NCBI GenBank assembly: GCA_022616595.1
Contig: JAKEEL010000196.1
Location: 1-39,316, forward strand
DNA length: 39,316 nucleotides
DNA from: Methylococcaceae bacterium
Lineage (GTDB): Bacteria; Pseudomonadota; Gammaproteobacteria; Methylococcales; UBA1147
Direction: 5' to 3'
The notes under the pieces are model-generated. The model was not told the origin of the DNA. It did no database searches and worked only from the letters and a program-made list of their open reading frames with translations. Of the stretch, positions 1 through 9,398 are shown one piece after another. Each line of letters begins with the position of its first letter. The stretch's first letter is position 1. The position numbers were made by a program, and so were the translations under genes.

Positions 1-686
1 GATTCGTCCGGGATATGGATCGACTCGTTCGGAAACCAGTTTTGAACATCCGATCCTTCGACCTTGTAAAAGGTCCGGCCTTGCTCCTGCCAGGATTCCA
101 TGCAGCCGGCATGGAGTTCCCAAAAATCTTGCGAAACCGTGGTCATTCCGGTATACAAAAGATCGATATCATCCAGAACCTGGTCATTGTAATAGTCTTC
201 GGCCTGAATGCCGAGAATGGTCGCCTTGATTCGGAGGTTGATATCCTTGGAAACCAGGATGACCTGTATGTCGGGCTGCTCCTTGATCAGGCTGAGAACC
301 GTTGCCAGAATCGAATGATCGGGCATGTCTCCGGGCAGCGATTCGGGCAGCAGGGCGGCCATTCTACGGGTTTGGAAAAACAAGCGGCCGCTGTTTCCGC
401 TATTCGGAACGGCGTGATTACTCAGATTGGTGATCGGTATTCCGGCCTCGATTCGCACCGGCTCCGCACTGCTCGAGGCGACCAGTTCGTCAAAGAACCG
501 GCTGGCCTGTCGCGCGTTACGGGCAACCTCGGAAGCTCCTTTCTTGGATCGATCCAACTCCTCGAGTACGATCATCGGGATGAAGATATGATGTTCCTGA
601 AAGCGAAAAATCGATGCGGGATCGTGCATGAGCACGTTGGTATCGAGTACGAACAGTTTTTTCTTTTCGGATGGTTTCGAATTCAT
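1..686 (-). CDS. PhoH2/YlaK-like protein, N-terminal PIN-domain portion (gene continues past the window start)
   Basis: This ORF is absent from the track because it has no stop in the window. My translation from the ATG at 686 (minus strand) gives MNSKPSEKKKLFVLDTNVLMHDPASIFRFQEHHIFIPMIVLEELDRSKKGASEVARNARQA... This is the typical PIN N-terminus of PIN+PhoH ATPase fusions. The 15..824 '+' ORF is its antisense shadow. Confidence 0.8.
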   Translation of the reverse strand, partial: MNSKPSEKKKLFVLDTNVLMHDPASIFRFQEHHIFIPMIVLEELDRSKKGASEVARNARQASRFFDELVASSSAEPVRIEAGIPITNLSNHAVPNSGNSGRLFFQTRRMAALLPESLPGDMPDHSILATVLSLIKEQPDIQVILVSKDINLRIKATILGIQAEDYYNDQVLDDIDLLYTGMTTVSQDFWELHAGCMESWQEQGRTFYKVEGSDVQNWFPNESIHIPDE

Positions 687-837
687 TTCAATCGGTATCC
701 TTCAGGAGGTCCATGCGAGCATCGGGTTCAGCGGGGCGGTTTGATCCAATCGCCGGGAAGCACTTGGCGCCATGCGCCATGTCCGTTTGACGCGACGCCC
801 CGCCCGGGCTCGAAAATTGGCTAGGGGGAGGAAACGC

Positions 838-1314
838 TCAGGCAGCTTGGAGCTGACGGATTTTTTCAAGCACTTCCGTCACGTGTTCGTCAACCTTGAC
901 TCTGCGCCATTCGCACGCGAGCTTGCCATCCCGGTCGATCAGAAAGGTACTGCGCTCGATTCCGAGTACCTGTTTGCCGTACATGTTTTTCATTTTGATC
1001 ACGTCGAAGAGCCGGCACAGGGTTTCGTCCGGATCCGCCAATAGATCGAAGGGAAGGCTCTGTTTTTCCCGGAAGCTCTCGTGGCTTTTCAGGCTGTCCC
1101 GGGATACGCCGAGGATCACCGTATTCAAGGCCTCGAATTCCCTTCGATGATCGCGAAAATCGCAACTTTCGCGGGTGCAGCCCGGGGTGTGGTCCTTCGG
1201 ATAGAAATAAAGAATCAGGTATTTGCCGCGCAAATCCGATAGCTTCACGGTTTTGCCGCCGGTCGAGATGGCTTCAAAGTCCGGGACCGGATGACCCGCA
1301 CTGATCGTTGTCAT
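838..1314 (-). CDS. bcp: Thiol peroxidase / peroxiredoxin Bcp (bacterioferritin comigratory protein)
   Basis: The 158 aa product contains ...YFYPKDHTPGCTRESCDFRD..., the PxxxTxxC peroxidatic Cys motif of the AhpC/TSA fold. Its length is typical of Bcp. Confidence 0.9.
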   Translation of the reverse strand: MTTISAGHPVPDFEAISTGGKTVKLSDLRGKYLILYFYPKDHTPGCTRESCDFRDHRREFEALNTVILGVSRDSLKSHESFREKQSLPFDLLADPDETLCRLFDVIKMKNMYGKQVLGIERSTFLIDRDGKLACEWRRVKVDEHVTEVLEKIRQLQAA

Positions 1315-1529
1315 GAGGACTCCTGATACTGTCGAAATTCGATGGATTAGGCTAATCGAAGATCGCTCTCTGGTGACGGGGATGTCCCCCCTCCAGCAGG
1401 GTATTTTCGATTATTCGGGTGGATAGTATCAGCACTCCGCCCGGCTCAACAAGGTATCCGGGATCAAGTGTAGAAAACAAATGCGTAGCGGGGATGCCGC
1501 CCTCGAGGTCAACTGGTGTGAACCGACTG

Positions 1530-1767
1530 CCCCACCGACCCGAACGGCAAGGTCCTGTCCCGCCCCTGGTTGGCTGAAATCTTCGTCAATACCTCACGCT
1601 TTACCGGCCACTGCTATCGCGCTGCCAACTGGATCGATGTCGGACTTACCACCGCGTGGCCGACAGGATCGTGACCATCAGCTCCACGGCATTGCATCCA
1701 AGCGCATTCTTATCTATCCACTGCACCACAACGCCCGACAACTCCTGATCAACGATTCAAAATGAGA
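1530..1767 (+). pseudogene. Decayed C-terminal remnant of a DUF4338-type (DruA-like) gene
   Basis: Two frames must be joined: GKVLSRPWLAEIFVNTSRFTGHCYRAANWIDVGLTT then (frameshift) GRQDRDHQLHGIASKRILIYPLHHNARQLL*. From memory this matches the C-terminal ...ETFV..RF.G.CYRAANW..VG.T.GRGR.DR.H......K.I..YPL signature of DUF4338 proteins. There is no N-terminal part and no start codon. The track ORF 1481..1765 is a frame mixture. Confidence 0.45.
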
Positions 1768-1916
1768 ATTGCTGGAATGGCCAGAATCTGATAGAAGTTA
1801 AAACTATTTCGTGTTAAAATAAAATGTTATATATTTCAATTTATATTTCAAGGGGCTCTGGTCTCAGACCGAACCGTGGTCCTGAATTCTGAAAGGGTTT
1901 GAAGGAAATCATCACT

Positions 1917-3077
1917 GTGAGTCAAAATTTCATTTTTACTTCGGAATCGGTGTCCGAAGGACATCCCGACAAGGTTGCCGACCAACTCTCCGATGCTGTT
2001 TTGGATGCATTATTGGAACAGGACCCGAAATCGAGGGTGGCCTGTGAAACGATGGTCAAGACCGGCATGGTGATCCTGGCCGGCGAGATTACCACGGAAG
2101 CCTGGGTGGATATGGAGAATCTGGTCAGAACCGTGGTTCGTGAAATCGGCTACGACAATCCGGAAATCGGGTTCGACTGGCAAAGCTGCGCGGTCTTGAA
2201 CGCGATTGGAAAACAATCCCCGGATATCGCGATGGGCGTGGATGAGGCCGAGGGACACGAACAAGGCGCGGGCGACCAGGGATTGATGTTCGGGTATGCC
2301 AGCGATGAAACGGATGTCCTGATGCCCGCGCCGATCACCTACGCTCATCGTCTGGTTCAGCGCCAGGCCGAATTGCGGAAACGCAAGGTCCTCCCGTGGC
2401 TGCGTCCGGACGCCAAAAGCCAGATCACGGTCCGCTACGAAAATTATCGTCCGGTAGCCGTGGACGCGGTTGTCGTGTCCACCCAGCACGCTCCGGATAT
2501 CGGCCGCAACGAACTTCGTGAAGCTGTCATCGACGAAATCATACTCCCGGTGATTCCGGCCGAGTGGATTCACAAGGACACCAAATTCTTCGTGAACCCG
2601 ACCGGACAATTCATTATCGGCGGGCCGGTTGGGGACTGCGGGCTCACCGGTCGAAAAATCATTGTCGATACCTACGGCGGCATGGCTCGTCATGGCGGCG
2701 GGGCGTTCAGCGGCAAGGACCCTTCCAAGGTCGATCGCTCGGCCGCCTACATGTGCCGCTATGTGGCCAAGAATATCGTGGCCGCGGGGCTGGCCGAACG
2801 CTGTGAGATCCAGGTTTCCTACGCGATCGGTGTTGCCGAGCCGACTTCGATCGGCGTGGAGACCTTCGGTACCGGCAAGATCGACGAAAACCGGCTGATC
2901 GGGCTGATTCGCGAGCATTTTGATATGCGCCCGAAAGGTTTGATCCAGATGCTGGATTTGCTGCGCCCGATTTACCACAGAAGCGCCGCCTACGGTCACT
3001 TCGGGCGCAGCGAGGACACATTTTCCTGGGAAAAGACGGACAAAGCCGCGCAATTGAAAGATGCGGCCGGTATCTGA
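1917..3077 (+). CDS. metK: S-adenosylmethionine synthetase
   Basis: Contains [29 protein letters not shown] and [16 protein letters not shown] motifs. I prefer the GTG at 1917 (product [11 protein letters not shown]..., AAGGA about 10 nt upstream) over the TTG at 1899 given in the track. Confidence 0.95.
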   Translation: MSQNFIFTSESVSEGHPDKVADQLSDAVLDALLEQDPKSRVACETMVKTGMVILAGEITTEAWVDMENLVRTVVREIGYDNPEIGFDWQSCAVLNAIGKQSPDIAMGVDEAEGHEQGAGDQGLMFGYASDETDVLMPAPITYAHRLVQRQAELRKRKVLPWLRPDAKSQITVRYENYRPVAVDAVVVSTQHAPDIGRNELREAVIDEIILPVIPAEWIHKDTKFFVNPTGQFIIGGPVGDCGLTGRKIIVDTYGGMARHGGGAFSGKDPSKVDRSAAYMCRYVAKNIVAAGLAERCEIQVSYAIGVAEPTSIGVETFGTGKIDENRLIGLIREHFDMRPKGLIQMLDLLRPIYHRSAAYGHFGRSEDTFSWEKTDKAAQLKDAAGI

Positions 3078-3122
3078 GCCCGAAACCAAGGATCCCCCAA
3101 CCCTTCGAGTAGAGGAAAAAGC

Positions 3123-4436
3123 ATGAGCAGTCAACCGGTCAAAAACCTCACTCCCGACTACAGGATCGCGGATATTTCTCTGTCCGACTGGGGCCGGAAG
3201 GAGATCAATATCGCCGAAACCGAGATGCCCGGGCTTATGGCGCTTCGCGAGGAATACCGGGACAGACAGCCCTTGAAGGGCGCGCGGATCGCAGGTTGTC
3301 TGCATATGACCATCCAGACCGCGGTATTGATCGAAACGCTGGTCCAGCTCGGGGCCGAGGTGCGCTGGTCGTCCTGCAATATATTCTCGACCCAGGACCA
3401 CGCGGCCGCGGCGATCGCGGCCGCGGGAATACCGGTTTTCGCGTGGAAGGGTGAAACCGAGCAGGAAGCCTGGTGGTGTATCGACCAGACCATTTTCGGC
3501 CCGAATGGCTGGCGTCCGAATATGTTGCTCGACGACGGCGGGGACCTGACTCTGGTCATGCACGAGAAATATCCGGATTTGATGACGGGTGTCCGGGGGC
3601 TGTCGGAAGAAACGACGACCGGCGTGCTGCGCCTGACCGAAATGGTGAAGAAAGGTACCTTGAAAGCCCCGGCCTTCAACGTAAACGACTCGGTAACCAA
3701 GTCAAAATTCGACAATCTGTATGGCTGTCGTGAATCCCTGCTGGACGGGATCAAACGCGCGACCGACGTCATGATCGCGGGCAAAATCGCCGTGGTCTGC
3801 GGTTACGGCGATGTCGGCAAGGGCTGCACCCAATCCTTGCGCGGCCAGGGCGCGACGGTTTGGGTCACCGAAATCGATCCGATCTGCGCTTTGCAGGCCG
3901 CGCTCGAAGGTTACCGCGTGGTCGATTTGGACAAGGCGGCCTATGATGCGGATATTTTCGTGACCGCGACCGGGAACTATCATGTGATCACCCACGAACA
4001 TATGAAGGCCATGAAGGATCAGGCGATCGTGTGCAACATCGGGCATTTCGATTCCGAAATCGATATCGCTGCGCTGCGCCAGTACCCGTGGGAAAACATC
4101 AAGCCGCAGGTTGACCACGTAATTTTTCCGGATGGGAAACGGATCATCGTGCTCGCGGAAGGCCGTTTGGTGAACCTTGGCTGCGCGACCGGGCACCCGA
4201 GCTTCGTGATGTCGAATTCATTCACGAATCAAATATTGGCCCAGATCGAATTGTGGACCAACTCCGGGAAATACCGGAATCAGGTCTACGTGCTTCCGAA
4301 GAAGCTCGACGAAAAAGTGGCTTCGCTGCATCTGAAAAAACTCGGGGTCCACCTGACCCGCCTCAACGAAAAACAGGCGCAATATATCGGAGTGAGCCCG
4401 GACGGCCCCTACAAACCGGAGCATTATCGGTACTGA
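3123..4436 (+). CDS. ahcY: Adenosylhomocysteinase (SAH hydrolase)
   Basis: The 437 aa product has [34 protein letters not shown], the NAD-binding stretch [11 protein letters not shown] and the C-terminal YKPEHYRY. These are classic AhcY features. Confidence 0.95.
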   Translation: MSSQPVKNLTPDYRIADISLSDWGRKEINIAETEMPGLMALREEYRDRQPLKGARIAGCLHMTIQTAVLIETLVQLGAEVRWSSCNIFSTQDHAAAAIAAAGIPVFAWKGETEQEAWWCIDQTIFGPNGWRPNMLLDDGGDLTLVMHEKYPDLMTGVRGLSEETTTGVLRLTEMVKKGTLKAPAFNVNDSVTKSKFDNLYGCRESLLDGIKRATDVMIAGKIAVVCGYGDVGKGCTQSLRGQGATVWVTEIDPICALQAALEGYRVVDLDKAAYDADIFVTATGNYHVITHEHMKAMKDQAIVCNIGHFDSEIDIAALRQYPWENIKPQVDHVIFPDGKRIIVLAEGRLVNLGCATGHPSFVMSNSFTNQILAQIELWTNSGKYRNQVYVLPKKLDEKVASLHLKKLGVHLTRLNEKQAQYIGVSPDGPYKPEHYRY

Positions 4437-4647
4437 GCAGGTTGCGGCGAATTTCGGTTGTTCGCGCCGAAAGCCGCGCTGCGTCTGCTGATTCACAGAC
4501 ATGATGGCATATCGATTTCGAACGGTGCCGTTTCGGCGTCGTATTTGCGTGCATCGGAGTTGCGAGCCAATCGCGTCCGAATTCCAAACAAACCGAGCAC
4601 ACTTCCTTGTCGCTCCCGCGCTTTCGACGATTTCCGAAACTTGAGCC

Positions 4648-5499
4648 ATGATAACCAAGACCGCTTACAAGAAGGATTACAGTTTCGAATTTTTTCCGCC
4701 GCGCTCGCCGGAAGCCGAGCAGCAGCTGATCAGGACTTCGCAGGATCTCGCGGGACTGCATCCTCTGTTTTTTTCGGTGACTTTCGGGGCGGGCGGAACC
4801 ACGCGGGCGAAGACGCGCGAAACGGTAATCGAACTCAAGAATCGCACCGGAATCGAAGCTGCTCCCCATATCTCCTGTATCGGCTCGACCCGGAGCAGTG
4901 TGCAAAGAATCATCCAGGATTACCGGGACCAGGGAATCCGCAGAATCGTCGCGCTGCGCGGTGATATGCCATCCGGCATGATGGAGATCGGCCAATTCCG
5001 CTATGCCAATGAACTGGTCGAATTCATCCGCGCGGAAACCGGCGATTATTTCCATATTCACGTCGCGGCCTACCCTGAAATGCATCCTCAGGCTCCGAAC
5101 ATCGAAGCCGACCTGAAAAACTTCAAACGCAAGGTGGAGGCCGGCGCCGACGATGCGATTACGCAGTATTTCTATAATTCCGAGGCCTATTTCCGTTTCG
5201 TCGATGCCTGCCTGAAGGCGGGTCTCGATATACCGATCATTCCGGGGGTCATGCCGATCGGTAATTTTTTCCAGCTTTCGCGATTTTCCGAGGCCTGCGG
5301 AGCGGACATCCCGCGCTGGATGCGCAAACGCTTCGAATACTACGCGGACAACCGCGATTCGGTTCAGGCGCTCGGCATCGATATCGTGACCACGCTGTGC
5401 CAGAATCTTTTGGACAACGGCGCTCCGGGAATCCACTTTTACACCATGAATCGGTCCGATCTGGTTCGTAAAATCTGGGACCGTCTCGACATAGAATAA
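4648..5499 (+). CDS. metF: 5,10-methylenetetrahydrofolate reductase
   Basis: The 283 aa product has YSFEFFPPRSPEAEQQL..., FFSVTFGAGG and ...IHFYTMNR..., the MetF/MTHFR signature. Confidence 0.92.
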   Translation: MITKTAYKKDYSFEFFPPRSPEAEQQLIRTSQDLAGLHPLFFSVTFGAGGTTRAKTRETVIELKNRTGIEAAPHISCIGSTRSSVQRIIQDYRDQGIRRIVALRGDMPSGMMEIGQFRYANELVEFIRAETGDYFHIHVAAYPEMHPQAPNIEADLKNFKRKVEAGADDAITQYFYNSEAYFRFVDACLKAGLDIPIIPGVMPIGNFFQLSRFSEACGADIPRWMRKRFEYYADNRDSVQALGIDIVTTLCQNLLDNGAPGIHFYTMNRSDLVRKIWDRLDIE

Positions 5500-6237
5500 G
5501 TGCGCGTTCCGAGAATCTATCTCCCGATCACGCTCAGCCCGGCCGTTCCGATCGAATTGGATGAACACTGCGCGCATCACGTGCGGAGCGTACTGCGACT
5601 CAGAAAGGGAGACTCCGTGCAACTCTTCGACGGTCGGGGCGCGGAATATTCGGCTGTCCTCACGCTGGTCAGCAAAAGTTCCGTCAGTGTCTTGGTCGGG
5701 GAAGCGAGCCCTTGCAATACCGAATCCCCGCTAGCGATTCATTTCGGGCTGGCCATCTCGCGCGGCGAACGCATGGACTTCGCGATCCAGAAATCCGTGG
5801 AACTCGGGGTCGCCAGCATCACTCCGGTGTTGACCGAGCGCTGCGTGGTCAGGCTGGACCCACATCGCTCCAAGCAGAAACATTCCCACTGGCAGCGAAT
5901 CGCGACGAACGCGAGCGAACAATCGGGGCGCGCCAGAGTTCCGGAAATCCGCGAACCCGCCGCGCTGACTTCCTGGCTCACCAACTGCCAAGACCTGAAA
6001 ATATATCTCGACCCTTCGTCGAGTCGAACGCTGCATTCCTTGGAATCGGCACCGCGGGGCGTTACCCTGCTTTCCGGACCGGAGGGAGGTTTCACCGAGC
6101 GCGAGCGGGAGCTTGCGGTCAATGCCGGCTTTATCGGTGTGAGGCTCGGACCGCGAATCCTGCGGACGGAAACCGCTGCGCTCGCGGGGATCACGTTGAT
6201 CCAGGCGCTGTGGGGCGACTTGGGTCTTCGTACATAG
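5500..6237 (+). CDS. rsmE: 16S rRNA (uracil1498-N3)-methyltransferase RsmE
   Basis: The product starts MRVPRIYLP...HHVRSVLRLRKGDSVQLFDGRG and ends with the SPOUT knot ...LLSGPEGGFTERE...GPRILRTETAA. The GTG start directly follows the metF stop. Confidence 0.9.
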   Translation: MRVPRIYLPITLSPAVPIELDEHCAHHVRSVLRLRKGDSVQLFDGRGAEYSAVLTLVSKSSVSVLVGEASPCNTESPLAIHFGLAISRGERMDFAIQKSVELGVASITPVLTERCVVRLDPHRSKQKHSHWQRIATNASEQSGRARVPEIREPAALTSWLTNCQDLKIYLDPSSSRTLHSLESAPRGVTLLSGPEGGFTERERELAVNAGFIGVRLGPRILRTETAALAGITLIQALWGDLGLRT

Positions 6238-6321
6238 ACTCCTGGCCGTTCATTCGCCGTAGACCGTTGCCCGTCCGGCGACTCGTGCATGTTTCCTCCT
6301 TACAAGCGACTCGATTGCGGT

Positions 6322-7782
6322 CTATTCTCTACGGCTGATTCTGACCGACAGATTCTTGGGCACCATCACGAACGCAAATTCCTCATCGACAGCCCGGCTG
6401 CCGGGGTGCCTCGAAAAGGAAAAATTCCGGCACAGCATGGCCATGGCCGATTTGATTTCCAGCATGGCCAGGTTTCTTCCGGGACAAAAACGCGGACCGG
6501 CTCCGAAGGGCATGCAAGCGCCGGAATTGTGGGGTGCGGTTTGAGCGCCATCCTGTTGCAGCCAGCGCTCGGGTTTGAATCGCCCCGGCTCGCCGAATGC
6601 CGATCCCTGCATACCGCAGTGCCGCAACAGCAGGAAGATCGTGGCGCCTTTGGCCAGCCGGATGGTCCCGAGCATCCGTTCCAGGTTCGTTTCCAGAAAA
6701 AGTAACGGGGCGACCGACTTCAAACGCATGGTTTCAAAGGCCACGGCCTCGATATACTCGAGCTGATCGTGCTTCGCATACGCGTATAACAGTTTATCCG
6801 CGCCGAGCACGCTGTCGGCCTCGAGTTGCATGCGCGCCTGGACTTCCGGATATTCGGTCATGAAATAAAGCATCCAGGCCAGCGTATTGGCCGTTGTATC
6901 TTCGCCTCCCAGCAACATGGTCAATACGTTCCCCATGATCTCCCGGTCGCTGAAGCGGAATTTCGACTCGTCCCGCGCGACCAGCATGGCCTCCAGCAAA
7001 TTGCCCGGGTGTTCTTCCAGGTCCGGATTCTCGGCGATCCGGGCCCGGCTGTGTTCGACAAAACCGCTGATGGCTTTGCGGATTTCATGCAGCGCTTTTT
7101 CAAGCGCCCGGTCCGCCGGAAGCCGGATGAAATGCCAATACGGAAACGGTGCGTTGACCCGCCGGCTGATCATCGGAAAGACTTTTTCCAGATGTTGTTG
7201 GATCACATCGCCCTCGGATTCGAGGGTATTGACGTCGTAACCGAAGGCCAGATTGGTCGTGGCGTCGACCGTGAATCGCATCAGGTCGTTCTGCACCGCG
7301 ACCGCTTCGGCCGAATCCGCGTATTTTTGCAGTCGGTTCATGAGTTTTTCGGTAATCCGGACCAGCGTTTGATAGAACTCACGCAAATGTTGGGGATTCA
7401 ATGCCTGATTGACCATCGGGCGTTGCCTTCTCCATTGCTCTCCCTCGGCGGAAAAAACGCCGCCGAGCCCGATTTCATTCTGTACCCGTTCGATGGCACT
7501 GATACGCCGGTAGCCCTCGGGCCGGTCCCGCAGGGCTTCGTTGACCAGTACCGAGTCCGACACCACGACCACAGGCCGCCGGCCGAGACGGATGGTGTAC
7601 AGTTTTCCGTAAGCCTCCGCCCATCGTTCCAGAATCGTATGCAGGCGTTTGAGATCCAGTTGTAACAAATTGCCGAGCACGGGGAGTCCTCTCGGGCCTG
7701 GAAGATCGAAAGGGGTGCGCGGCGTGTTGTCCGCCGGGGAATGTCGTTTCCGGTGTTTGCCGGGTAGAGTTTGCTCGTTCAC
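6322..7782 (-). CDS. Cytochrome P450 monooxygenase
   Basis: Contains the heme-thiolate loop FGAGPRFCPGRNLAMLE, the I-helix LLGGEDTTANTL, an ExxR (ETMRLK) and an N-terminal PGPRGLPVLGNL hinge. It starts at a GTG at 7782, 23 nt downstream of the preceding gene's stop. Confidence 0.93.
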   Translation of the reverse strand: MNEQTLPGKHRKRHSPADNTPRTPFDLPGPRGLPVLGNLLQLDLKRLHTILERWAEAYGKLYTIRLGRRPVVVVSDSVLVNEALRDRPEGYRRISAIERVQNEIGLGGVFSAEGEQWRRQRPMVNQALNPQHLREFYQTLVRITEKLMNRLQKYADSAEAVAVQNDLMRFTVDATTNLAFGYDVNTLESEGDVIQQHLEKVFPMISRRVNAPFPYWHFIRLPADRALEKALHEIRKAISGFVEHSRARIAENPDLEEHPGNLLEAMLVARDESKFRFSDREIMGNVLTMLLGGEDTTANTLAWMLYFMTEYPEVQARMQLEADSVLGADKLLYAYAKHDQLEYIEAVAFETMRLKSVAPLLFLETNLERMLGTIRLAKGATIFLLLRHCGMQGSAFGEPGRFKPERWLQQDGAQTAPHNSGACMPFGAGPRFCPGRNLAMLEIKSAMAMLCRNFSFSRHPGSRAVDEEFAFVMVPKNLSVRISRRE

Positions 7783-7805
7783 GCGTACAACCGATTTTTA
7801 CCTGA

Positions 7806-9218
7806 TCAAGAAATGTGAGTGTTCGATGCGCTGGAAACCATGCGTTTCCATCCCTGCTGTTTTTCGATTGCGCCGACCATGTAGCCGGCGATATCCTTGC
7901 CGGTCGCCTGTTCGATCACTTCGAGCCCGGGCGACGAATTCACTTCCAGCAGCAGGGGGCCGTTACGGGAACGGACGAGGTTCACGCCCGCGACTCTCAA
8001 GCCCAGGGACTTCGCCGCTTTAATGGCCAGATTGCGTTCGCCGGATGTGGTTTTTACGAGTGCCACGGACCCTCCTTCGCGGAGGTTGGCCCTGAACTCG
8101 CCCGGAGCGGCCATGCGCTGGATCGCGGCAACGACCCTGCCGTCGATCACGAACAAACGCAGATCCTTGCCTTCGGCTTCCTTGACGAATGCCTGAACCA
8201 ACAAATCCGCCTTCATGGCTTTGAAACCATTGATTACATTTTCAGAGGCCTTGCGGGTTTCCGCGAGCACCACGCCTTTCCCTTGCGTTCCTTCCAGCAG
8301 CTTCACGATCAACGGGGCGCCTCCAACCATGTCGATGAGTTCGCCGGTATCGATCGGCGAATTGGCGAAACCCGTGGTCGGAATATCCAGCCCGTTCTGC
8401 AGCAATAACTGGAGGCAGAACAGCCGGTCCCGCGATTTGCTGATCGCCTCGGATGAATTGAGCGTATGCACCCCGATACTTTCGAAATGCCGGCTCAACG
8501 CACAGCCGTAAAAGGTAAGACTCGGGGGAATGCGCGTGATTACGGCATCGAGATCATTCAAGAGCCGTCCGCCGCGGTAGTGAATTTCAGGCGCTTCCGC
8601 ATCCAGTTTGATATAGCAGTGCTTGATATTCAAAAAAACCATCTGATGGCCGCGCTCGCCGCCCGCTTCCAGAATCCTGCGGTTGCTGTAACGTTCGGGA
8701 TTGCTCGCAAGAAGCCCGATCGTGAGACCCGATTGGGTTTTGTCGGTCTCTCCGTAGGCAGCGAGAATTTCGGATTCGGTTTTATCTCCGCAGATGTTTC
8801 GTTCCGAGGGGTCGACCAGAATTCGCCCATGCATCGCTTCGCGCCCCAGAAGCATGCGATAGCCCATCGAGTCCCGGTTGGTCAGTGTCAGTTCGATTTC
8901 CCAGCTGCAGCCGGACAGCGTCACCGGCGTCAGAATGACATAGCGTTTCTCGCTGGTCCCGTTCGAACTCTTGACCGTGCGCTTACCGAAAACGGGATGT
9001 TCGCAGCGCACCACCGTGCGCCGGTCGTTCTGCAAGGGATGGACTTCGAAACTGACCCAGGGAACGGTATTGCGCTTGAATGCGTGGATATTGAAGGCAT
9101 GGATCGACGAGGTCTTGGCGCCCGAATCGACCCTGGCTTTGATCAACGGTACGCCGAGCGAATCGAATGAACACCATTCTTCGCTCCCGACAATGATTCT
9201 TTGGTCGTTGTCCGCCAT
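7806..9218 (-). CDS. rimK: Fusion protein: N-terminal retropepsin-like 'ATP-dependent zinc protease' (RimB/DUF785-like) domain + C-terminal RimK-family ATP-grasp alpha-L-glutamate ligase
   Basis: The N-terminal ~140 aa reads IVGSEEWCSF..LGVPLIKARVDSGAKTSSIHA...GYRMLLGREAM (RimB/COG4067-like). The C-terminal ~300 aa has ATP-grasp motifs such as LIVKLLEGTQGKGVVL, DLRLFVIDGRVVAAIQR and LLEVNSSPGLE (RimK-like). Confidence 0.85.
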   Translation of the reverse strand: MADNDQRIIVGSEEWCSFDSLGVPLIKARVDSGAKTSSIHAFNIHAFKRNTVPWVSFEVHPLQNDRRTVVRCEHPVFGKRTVKSSNGTSEKRYVILTPVTLSGCSWEIELTLTNRDSMGYRMLLGREAMHGRILVDPSERNICGDKTESEILAAYGETDKTQSGLTIGLLASNPERYSNRRILEAGGERGHQMVFLNIKHCYIKLDAEAPEIHYRGGRLLNDLDAVITRIPPSLTFYGCALSRHFESIGVHTLNSSEAISKSRDRLFCLQLLLQNGLDIPTTGFANSPIDTGELIDMVGGAPLIVKLLEGTQGKGVVLAETRKASENVINGFKAMKADLLVQAFVKEAEGKDLRLFVIDGRVVAAIQRMAAPGEFRANLREGGSVALVKTTSGERNLAIKAAKSLGLRVAGVNLVRSRNGPLLLEVNSSPGLEVIEQATGKDIAGYMVGAIEKQQGWKRMVSSASNTHIS

Positions 9219-9375
9219 ATCAATTCCAGGGATGCCGTTCCGGGTGAATGTTTGCTCAAGAGTACCTCATGGAAAACCGGTTCACCCGCGCGGCTTAGTT
9301 TATCCGGACACGGGCCGCCTCATAAAGCGTTTAGTTCCGGTAAAGGCCGCCTTGACCGAATGGCGGGCATTGCCG

Positions 9376-9398
9376 CAGAATCGAAAAATTCGATTCTG
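9376..9398. promoter_or_regulatory. Perfect 10-bp inverted repeat (CAGAATCGAA-AAA-TTCGATTCTG), candidate operator in the divergent rimK / vWA-cassette intergenic region
   Basis: I read the palindrome directly from the sequence. It lies 155 nt upstream of the vWA gene ATG (9553) and 158 nt from the rimK-fusion start (9218). Confidence 0.35.

Noticed and set aside
1768-1916. A SAM or SAH riboswitch upstream of metK, in the 45-nt metK-ahcY spacer (3078-3122), or in the 211-nt ahcY-metF spacer (4437-4647).
   Set aside because: I looked for the SAH-riboswitch core (..GAGGAGCGCUGC...CAGG...AACGGCGCUCAC) and for SAM-II-like pseudoknot elements. I found only loose resemblances (GCGCUGCGUCUG..CAGAC, AACGGUGCCG) whose P1 strands do not pair. 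The metK-ahcY spacer is too short. An Infernal/Rfam scan would be decisive.
2010-3563. Very long ORFs lie antisense to, or out of frame with, clear genes. Examples are 2010..3563 (517 aa), 4363..5622, 6826..7665, 8466..9170, 10419..11351, 14397..15401, 17458..18360, 19808..20629, 20732..21775, 31725..32780, 34386..35489 and 15..824.
   Set aside because: Each one overlaps a CDS with unmistakable family motifs on the other strand or in another frame. Their translations are Arg/Gly/Pro-rich low-complexity sequence with no motifs. This is the usual shadow-ORF artefact of GC-rich DNA.
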